DNA of 64,000 nucleotides from Armatimonadota bacterium. GTDB lineage: Bacteria; Armatimonadota; UBA5829. Positions 58,286-64,000 of this stretch are shown here, in pieces. Both the position numbers and the translations under genes were made by a program. Positions within the stretch are counted from its first letter, which is position 1. Each line of letters begins with the position of its first letter. The notes under the pieces were generated by a model that made no database searches, was not told the DNA's origin, and saw only the letters and a list, made by a program, of their open reading frames with translations. The stretch spans positions 15,613 through 79,612 of the forward strand of contig JARYME010000001.1 in NCBI GenBank assembly GCA_029907315.1, in the 5' to 3' direction.

Positions 58286-58536
58286 TTTCCTGTCCCGTTA
58301 CTTCTTTTTCTGCTCTCGCTCTTCGCGCAAGCGCTGCTTATAACGTTTCTCAGCCCTCTTTCTGCGCTGCCGTAGTTCTTTTGCGCGTATTCTCAGCTTG
58401 CTTCACCTCCCATCGTGTCTGTTTCAAACTGGATTATATTGTCGACGTGCGTCAGTGTCAAGATTTGGGGGTAGACCCGCCGCGCCTGCGTGGAAGCTTA
58501 TTTATCTCCGCGCCATGAATCAGGCGGTCGAGTTGC

Positions 58537-58566
58537 TTGAATACATGTAACTGCTCCTCGTATAAT
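58537..58566 (+). promoter_or_regulatory. Sigma70-like promoter TTGAAT - 18 nt - TATAAT immediately upstream of sulfotransferase-like gene (near-leaderless)
   Basis: TTGAAT at 58537-42 and TATAAT at 58561-66. An ATG follows at 58576, only 9 nt after the -10. Confidence 0.4.
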
Positions 58567-58575
58567 GCTCTTGTT

Positions 58576-59289
58576 ATGCTGATTACGATCATTGGTAGGG
58601 GACACGGAGGCACCCGCGCGATCTCCAAGACGCTGGTTGAAAGCGGCGTATACATGGGTGAGCCCTTGAACGCTTCGTACGACTTGATTCCGGCTGAGGA
58701 TATGTACGAAGCGTGCCGCGTCATGGCCAAGTATGTCCATTATAAGGGCGGTCTCGAATGGGACTTCTCACGCGTGCTCTCAGGTTCCATAGACCCTGAG
58801 TTCAAGCGTCTGGTTGAATCTTACCTTAGTAAGGTGCTCGCAAGCGATGCTCCCAACAAGGGTTGGAAGCTTCCAGAGACCACGCTCGTGTATCCCTGGA
58901 TCGCTAGAATGTTTCCGGAGGCGTACTACATCCACTGGGTCCGCGACCCGCGTGACTCCATACTCGGCAGGCACCTGACTGACGACCTAGCTGATTTCGG
59001 CATACCATGTGACCGGTCGAACGATGAGCGCCTTCGTAGAGCTATAAGCTGGAAATATCAAAGAGAGATTGTGAAATCGACTCCTGCACCTAAGCATTGG
59101 ACACTTGTACGTTTTGAGGACTTTGTGCTGAGGCAGGAAGAGACTCTGGCACGTCTAGAGAAGTTCCTAGGAATACGCTTAGCGCGGATCCCTGTGAACC
59201 CGGAAGCCGTCGGGCGGTGGCGAAACGACGAGGGGGTTCACGATTTTGACTTCCTTCACGACGATATGCGGGAGCTGGGCTATTTGTAG
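58576..59289 (+). CDS. Sulfotransferase-family protein (PAPS-dependent, P-loop-like 5'-PSB and RDPRD 3'-PB motifs)
   Basis: LITIIGRGHGGTRAI resembles the 5'-phosphosulfate-binding loop (PKSGTTW-type), and WVRDPRDSILG resembles the 3'-phosphate-binding motif. The alternative ATG at 58537 falls inside the promoter-like element. Confidence 0.45.
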   Translation: MLITIIGRGHGGTRAISKTLVESGVYMGEPLNASYDLIPAEDMYEACRVMAKYVHYKGGLEWDFSRVLSGSIDPEFKRLVESYLSKVLASDAPNKGWKLPETTLVYPWIARMFPEAYYIHWVRDPRDSILGRHLTDDLADFGIPCDRSNDERLRRAISWKYQREIVKSTPAPKHWTLVRFEDFVLRQEETLARLEKFLGIRLARIPVNPEAVGRWRNDEGVHDFDFLHDDMRELGYL

Positions 59290-59298
59290 TAGACCTGG

Positions 59299-60120
59299 TT
59301 ACTGAGACTGCGGTTGGGCCAGCAGCAGAACTGATTCCGGTATTGCTCCCTCGTTGCTAAGCAGCTTCGATAGCTCGGGGCTTTTCAGCAGCTCAAAAAT
59401 ATCGCGGGTTTTCCCGTCTAAGAGGACGGTTCTGTAGACCAGGCGCAGCCCGTGACTATAATCCACATAGTTTGCGTGGTGTACCGTACTCAGGGGCTGT
59501 ATGGGCTCACCGGTCGGTATGTGCCACCCGTATATAGCAACTCTGTCGGGCTTACAAGCTAGGGCCCTCGTTATGACTATGTCCTTCTTTGCCCCGGCTA
59601 TTAGGGCAGAGCGTTCCGTGTTCAATAACTGCTGTTGAATCAAACCATTGTGTCGGAGAAAGGTTTCTACAGCCTGGCGCGGTTCTCCGAGCGGGATCGG
59701 CTCTACTTTCACATAAGCTTGTTTAAAGATTTCGTCAACGATTCGCGTTGTTGGAAGCGAACACCGGAGAAGACGGCATACCTCCAGCGCGGCTTGAAGC
59801 GTTAACGGCGTTCGAACATAATCCTCGTCGCAGCCTATCGCAAGGTAATCAGGCGAAACCCATATGATCAGTTTATGCTCCACGCAGGAGCTGTCTTTAC
59901 CATCGAGCCGCACAGGAACGAGTCTGCGCAGGAAATCTGGAATATTGCCACTGGAGATTTGGGCCAGGAAATACTTTTCTCGATCGGCAAGAGTCAGTTT
60001 CGTAGCGTTCCTCATTACAGCAGAGCCTCCAAGCGCGCAACAAGGCCGCCTTGGCAGGTCCAACTGGCAGCTTCCTGCATCGGAGAGAATAGCTGTTAGC
60101 AACACAGTGATGATGATCAA
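59299..60120 (-). CDS. Hypothetical protein (273-aa ORF; N-terminal hydrophobic segment), function unknown
   Basis: Coding-like ORF between the sulfotransferase and cysNC. No motif recognised, and the start is uncertain. Confidence 0.35.
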   Translation of the reverse strand: MIIITVLLTAILSDAGSCQLDLPRRPCCALGGSAVMRNATKLTLADREKYFLAQISSGNIPDFLRRLVPVRLDGKDSSCVEHKLIIWVSPDYLAIGCDEDYVRTPLTLQAALEVCRLLRCSLPTTRIVDEIFKQAYVKVEPIPLGEPRQAVETFLRHNGLIQQQLLNTERSALIAGAKKDIVITRALACKPDRVAIYGWHIPTGEPIQPLSTVHHANYVDYSHGLRLVYRTVLLDGKTRDIFELLKSPELSKLLSNEGAIPESVLLLAQPQSQ

Positions 60121-60166
60121 TTCCTACTGTTGGTATGTGGGTAATAGCTTTTGCGGCTGCTGTCCA

Positions 60167-62059
60167 CTATTCCAATATCCGCTTCTCTCGCAACAAGCCG
60201 ATTATTGCTTCAACACACGCATCCACCGAAAGCTGCGTAGTGTCTAACTTTAGGTCTGGTTGGTCGGGCTCTTCGTAAGGTGACGAGACGCCCGTGAACT
60301 CAGGTATCAGACCTTGCCGTGCCTTGGCGTAAAGTCCTTTAGGGTCTCTTTCCTCGCAGGTTTCAATGGGTGCATGCACAAAGATTTCCAAGAACCGGTC
60401 GCCTCCAATAATGGAACGAGCGTTCTCTCGGTCCTTGCGGAACGGTGAGATAAGCGACACCAACACCACGAGGCCTGCCTCATTCATCAGGCGCGCAACT
60501 TCCGCAACGCGCCGAATGTTCTCCGAACGATCACTCGGTGAGAAACCCAAGTCTTTGTTCAAACCTTGCCGCACCTTGTCTCCGTCCAAAACAAAACAGG
60601 CTCGGCCGTCTGCCAAGAGCCTTTTCTCGACAGCATAAGCAATGGTGGACTTACCCGATCCACTCAACCCTGTCATCCAAATTGTCACCGGCTTTTGGCC
60701 GAGAACCAGGCTCCTGTCCTCAACTGTGATTTGCTCCTGATGAAGTGCAACCCGCTGGGCTGCAGTCGAACCAGTGTAAGGGTGGGAGCGGTCGATTATC
60801 ATTCCGCAACCGACCGTGAAATTCGTGATTGGATCTATGACAATGAACGCCCCAGTGGAACGGTTCCGCGCATACTCGTCGCACATTATGGGTCTGAACA
60901 AATGCATGCATACTCGCCCCATCTCGTTAAGGGCAAGCGCCTTGGCTTCTTGTCGGTGAAGAGTGTCTGGATCGATTCTGTACATAACGTCGGTGAACCG
61001 CCCGCGCACAACCGATGTGGTGTGTTTCACAAGGTAATACCTGTCCAACCGCATCGGTTCTTCGTGCAACCATATCAGCATGGCCTCTATGTCTCTTGCA
61101 ATCCAGGGAACATTGGCTGGATGAGCGATCATGTCGCCGCGGCTGATGTCCAGGTCGTCCGCGACACACAGTGTAACCGATTGAGGGGCAAAGGCGTAAT
61201 CGACTTCCTCAAAACCTTTCTGTATACGGGTGATCGTGGTCAGACGACGTGACGGAAGGACGACTACTTCTTCCCCTAGGCGAACCACGCCGGAAGCAAT
61301 CGTGCCTGCATATCCTCTGAAGTCACTGCTGGGTCTCAGAACATACTGCACAGGAAACCTGAAGTCTATCAGGTTTTGATCGCTGGCTATGTGTACCGTC
61401 TCCAGATAACTCAGAAGAGGCGGTCCCTGATACCATGGCATGTTTTCACTGCGGTGAACGACGTTGTCGCCTTTGAGGGCGCTTATGGGAATGAATTCCA
61501 AGTCTGCTATTCGTAGTTTGGTGCAGAACTGCCCGAATTCGTGACGTATAGCTTCGAATGCGTTCTGTGACCAGCCGACAAGATCCATCTTGTTCACCGC
61601 GACGACGATTCGCGGAATGCCCAGAAGCGAAGCTATAAACGCGTGGCGCCTGGACTGGGTTGTGACGCCGTTCCTAGCATCGACAAGTATCAAAGCGAGG
61701 TCTGCTGTTGACGCTCCAGTGGCCATGTTTCGCGTGTACTGTTCGTGGCCCGGAGTGTCAGCGATTATGAAACGCCGACGCGGCGTAGCAAAATGGCGGT
61801 ATGCAACGTCGATAGTGATGCCCTGTTCCCGCTCAGCCTTTAGCCCATCAGTGAGTAGCGCGAAGTCAATGTATTCCCTTCCGGCTTTGCGAGAGTCGCG
61901 GTCGAGCGACGCAAGGTGGTCCTCATATATGGCTTTTGCATCGTGCAGTAGTCGACCGATCAAGGTAGACTTGCCGTCGTCTACGCTGCCTGCAGTTACA
62001 AATCGCAGCAGTTCGGATTCGGAGACCTGTTCAATCAACTGCTCAATGCTTACAGCCAT
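60167..62059 (-). CDS. cysNC: Bifunctional sulfate adenylyltransferase subunit 1 / adenylylsulfate kinase (CysN-CysC fusion)
   Basis: An N-terminal GTPase (AGSVDDGKSTLIGRLL, DTPGH, NKMD) and a C-terminal APS kinase P-loop (WMTGLSGSGKSTIA); 630 aa. Confidence 0.85.
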   Translation of the reverse strand: MAVSIEQLIEQVSESELLRFVTAGSVDDGKSTLIGRLLHDAKAIYEDHLASLDRDSRKAGREYIDFALLTDGLKAEREQGITIDVAYRHFATPRRRFIIADTPGHEQYTRNMATGASTADLALILVDARNGVTTQSRRHAFIASLLGIPRIVVAVNKMDLVGWSQNAFEAIRHEFGQFCTKLRIADLEFIPISALKGDNVVHRSENMPWYQGPPLLSYLETVHIASDQNLIDFRFPVQYVLRPSSDFRGYAGTIASGVVRLGEEVVVLPSRRLTTITRIQKGFEEVDYAFAPQSVTLCVADDLDISRGDMIAHPANVPWIARDIEAMLIWLHEEPMRLDRYYLVKHTTSVVRGRFTDVMYRIDPDTLHRQEAKALALNEMGRVCMHLFRPIMCDEYARNRSTGAFIVIDPITNFTVGCGMIIDRSHPYTGSTAAQRVALHQEQITVEDRSLVLGQKPVTIWMTGLSGSGKSTIAYAVEKRLLADGRACFVLDGDKVRQGLNKDLGFSPSDRSENIRRVAEVARLMNEAGLVVLVSLISPFRKDRENARSIIGGDRFLEIFVHAPIETCEERDPKGLYAKARQGLIPEFTGVSSPYEEPDQPDLKLDTTQLSVDACVEAIIGLLREKRILE

Positions 62060-62114
62060 AAGGCACCTACTGACTCTTGTTCATTCAGTTGTGGGCACGT
62101 GTCGGTGCGCAGTA

Positions 62115-63020
62115 CTAGAAATACCCTTCACGCTTCTTCTGCTCCATAGAGCTGTCCTGATCGTGATCGATTAAGCGGGTAACTCTCTCAGAATGCTTTA
62201 CCGTTATCATCTCCTGAACTATCTCAGCAACGCTTCGAGCCGACGATACAACTGCTCCCGTGCAAGGGTAGCATCCTAGGGTCCTGAACCTACACATCAC
62301 CGTCTGTGGCTCTTCGCCTGGCTGCAATCGCATGCCTTCATAAACGGGTATGAGTCTGCCATCGCGAACTACCATTGGTCTTTCCTTTGCGAAGTACATG
62401 GGGACTACTGGAATCTGCTCGCGGTATATGTACAACCACACATCCAGCTCAGTCCAGTTCGAAAGAGGAAAAACCCGAATGCATTCGCCCTTCTTAATTC
62501 GGCCGTTGTACAAGTTCCATAGCTCCGGCCTCTGGTTTTTGGGGTCCCACTGTCCGTAAGAATCGCGGAATGAATACACGCGCTCCTTAGCCCTGGATTT
62601 CTCCTCATCGCGGCGCGCTCCGCCGAGAGCTGCGTCATAACCGCCTTCCTGCAAAGCATTAAGAAGTGCTTGTGTTTTCAGGATGGCGCAGCACTTGACT
62701 GTACCCATGTCCCACGGATTGACGCCCTGGGCAATGGCTTCATCGTGGCGATATATCCTCAGGTCAGCTCCGATCTCGCGGCAGAACCTATCGCGAAACT
62801 CATACATTTCGGGGAATTTCATCCCGGTGTCTACGTGGAGGAGGGGAAACGGTATTTTTCCGGGATAAAACGCCTTTTGCGCGAGCCTCACCATCACGGA
62901 AGAGTCTTTCCCGACTGAGTAGAGCATAACCGGGCGTTCAAACTCCGCTGCGACCTCTCGAATTATGTGGATGCTTTCAGCTTCGAGGGCTTCCAGGTGA
63001 GAAAGATGAAGCTTTTCCAT
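62115..63020 (-). CDS. cysD: Sulfate adenylyltransferase subunit 2
   Basis: PAPS-reductase-like ATP-PPase with a [12 protein letters not shown]-loop; 301 aa, directly upstream of cysNC. Confidence 0.85.
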   Translation of the reverse strand: MEKLHLSHLEALEAESIHIIREVAAEFERPVMLYSVGKDSSVMVRLAQKAFYPGKIPFPLLHVDTGMKFPEMYEFRDRFCREIGADLRIYRHDEAIAQGVNPWDMGTVKCCAILKTQALLNALQEGGYDAALGGARRDEEKSRAKERVYSFRDSYGQWDPKNQRPELWNLYNGRIKKGECIRVFPLSNWTELDVWLYIYREQIPVVPMYFAKERPMVVRDGRLIPVYEGMRLQPGEEPQTVMCRFRTLGCYPCTGAVVSSARSVAEIVQEMITVKHSERVTRLIDHDQDSSMEQKKREGYF

Positions 63021-63029
63021 AGTTGGAGG

Positions 63030-64000
63030 CTACTTCACTCCCGCCGGTTCTTCGAAGACGAACTTGCTCAGCTTTGCCGAGCGTGGAACTTCAACGGGGT
63101 ACTTGCCGTCCAGGCAAGCGCAGCACAATTTGTCTCTTCTTACGCCTATGGCGCGAATCAAACCCGGCAAACTTAGGTAACCTAGACTGTCGGCTCCGAT
63201 GTATTGTCTGATTTCTTCAACCGAGAGTTTCGCGGCAATAAGCTCGTTCTGATTCGCTGTGTCGATGCCGTAGAAGCAGGGGTGCTTGTAGGGTGGGGAC
63301 GCTATGCGAACGTGAACCTCAACTGCGCCCGCTTCTCGGATCATTTTGATTGTCGGACCAATGGTGGTTCCCCTGACAATCGAGTCCTCCACCATTACAA
63401 CCTTTCTTCCCGCCAGACTTTCTTTCAAGGGAGTAAGCTTCATTCGAACGCCCAATTCGCGCATTCGCTGATCCGGCTGAATGAAAGTTCGGTGGATATA
63501 TCGGTTCTTAATGACGCCTTCAGCATAAGGAATGCGGGAGGCTTCAGCAAATCCTATGGCGTGAGGTGTTCCCGTGTCGGGGATAGGAAATACAATGTGT
63601 GCCCCAGGAGCTGGATGTTCCTTTGCCAGCTCATGGCCCATCCGTCGCCTCACGTCGTGCATGGTTCTGCCATACATTTGGCTGTCCGGTCGCGCGAAGT
63701 ACACGTATTCAAAAACACATAGGGCGCTACCCTCGCGCGGTATTGCTTGTACCTCGCGCATCCCGTGTTCGTCTATCACGATCATCTCGCCAGGCTCAAC
63801 TTCTCTTACAAACTGCGCACCAATGGTGTTTAGAGCGCATGTCTCAGATGCAAGAACGTACTCAGTTCCGTTGAGCCTGCCAATGCAAAGCGGACGTATG
63901 CCGAACGGGTCGCGGATTCCGATTAGCTTGTCACAGGTTAAGATAACAACGGCATACGCTCCGCGAATCTTTTTCATTGTTTCTACGACTGCATCCTCGA
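63030..64000 (-). CDS. purF: Amidophosphoribosyltransferase PurF, C-terminal ~320 aa (5' end outside window)
   Basis: A PRTase-domain region (KLIGIRDPFGIRPLCIGR, VVMVEDSIVRGTT) with C-terminal Cys residues. The frame is open to the window edge upstream of the listed M. Confidence 0.75.
   Translation of the reverse strand, partial: EDAVVETMKKIRGAYAVVILTCDKLIGIRDPFGIRPLCIGRLNGTEYVLASETCALNTIGAQFVREVEPGEMIVIDEHGMREVQAIPREGSALCVFEYVYFARPDSQMYGRTMHDVRRRMGHELAKEHPAPGAHIVFPIPDTGTPHAIGFAEASRIPYAEGVIKNRYIHRTFIQPDQRMRELGVRMKLTPLKESLAGRKVVMVEDSIVRGTTIGPTIKMIREAGAVEVHVRIASPPYKHPCFYGIDTANQNELIAAKLSVEEIRQYIGADSLGYLSLPGLIRAIGVRRDKLCCACLDGKYPVEVPRSAKLSKFVFEEPAGVK

Noticed and set aside
58290-58400. A 35-42-codon minus-strand ORF after rad50 that encodes an extremely Lys/Arg-rich peptide (…TRKELRQRRKRAEKRYKQRLREEREQKKK)
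   Set aside because: There is no ATG, only GTG/TTG candidates, and the only SD-like GGGAGG overlaps the GTG. It lies in a short intergenic stretch, and such basic frames arise easily in GC/AG-rich DNA. The evidence is insufficient to call it a gene.
58537-58575. An upstream ATG (58537) as the sulfotransferase start
   Set aside because: It would place the first 13 codons exactly over a TTGAAT-18-TATAAT promoter-like element. The family-typical N-terminus (hydrophobic stretch then GxGxxGT) begins at Met 58576.

Overview
This is a 64 kb chromosomal segment of a moderately GC-rich bacterium, with about 53 protein genes and no rRNA, tRNA or CRISPR array that I can support. Order and content:

- **Menaquinone operon (about 1104-7840, + strand).** After a 5'-truncated Fe-S CCG-domain gene come eight tightly overlapping genes (ATGA junctions): futalosine-pathway genes (UbiD/UbiX/UbiA-family late-step enzymes, two MqnC/MqnE-type radical SAM enzymes, MqnA/D) plus an MTAP-family phosphorylase.
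- **Housekeeping and orphans.** surE overlapped by a PflX-like radical SAM gene; a translationally coupled membrane-protein / HExxH-protein / TRAM-protein trio; two TrkA/KtrA RCK genes.
- **Secreted carbohydrate-active cluster, part 1.** A 1312-aa clan GH-A glycosidase with GH42-like trimerisation domains, and a secreted Vgb-like beta-propeller protein.
- **Cell-division cluster.** yggS-sepF-proC-divIVA preceded by a promoter-like element and a 10-bp inverted repeat in the leader.
- **Mixed genes.** CPBP protease, a 788-aa hypothetical, ribokinase, and a PpiC/PrsA-like isomerase with a Pro/Lys/Thr-rich tail followed by a clear intrinsic terminator.
- **Chemotaxis operon on the minus strand.** cheY-cheX-cheA-cheW-mcp-cheR-cheD-cheY-cheX-cheB, divergent from a crp/fnr-family regulator.
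- **Second glycan-degradation block.** LptD-like/Big_1 outer-membrane protein, O-methyltransferase, 1216-aa NPCBM-domain glycosidase, tandem alpha/beta-hydrolase with a degenerate second active site, beta-propeller protein, S8 subtilase.
- **Most notable locus (about 50706-58285).** A CobB-type Sir2 gene, then a promoter with tandem TTGACA boxes, then a four-gene operon: a 348-aa NurA-like candidate, a HerA-like FtsK/HerA-superfamily ATPase with a non-canonical P-loop, Mre11/SbcD and Rad50/SbcC with a zinc hook. This is the archaeal-style herA-nurA-mre11-rad50 end-resection arrangement in a bacterium, or possibly an undescribed HerA-centred module.
- **Sulfation module.** cysD and a cysN-cysC fusion (PAPS synthesis) beside a sulfotransferase-family gene with a near-leaderless sigma70-like promoter and an unknown 273-aa gene.
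- **3' edge.** A truncated purF.

The gene content (futalosine pathway, SepF/DivIVA with an LptD-like protein, CheC/X/D chemotaxis, glycosidase richness, GC near 55%) resembles Armatimonadetes/Chthonomonas-like diderms; that is a guess from content, not a verified placement. All functional calls rest on motif recognition from the translated ORFs, and start codons are my best choice among candidates.
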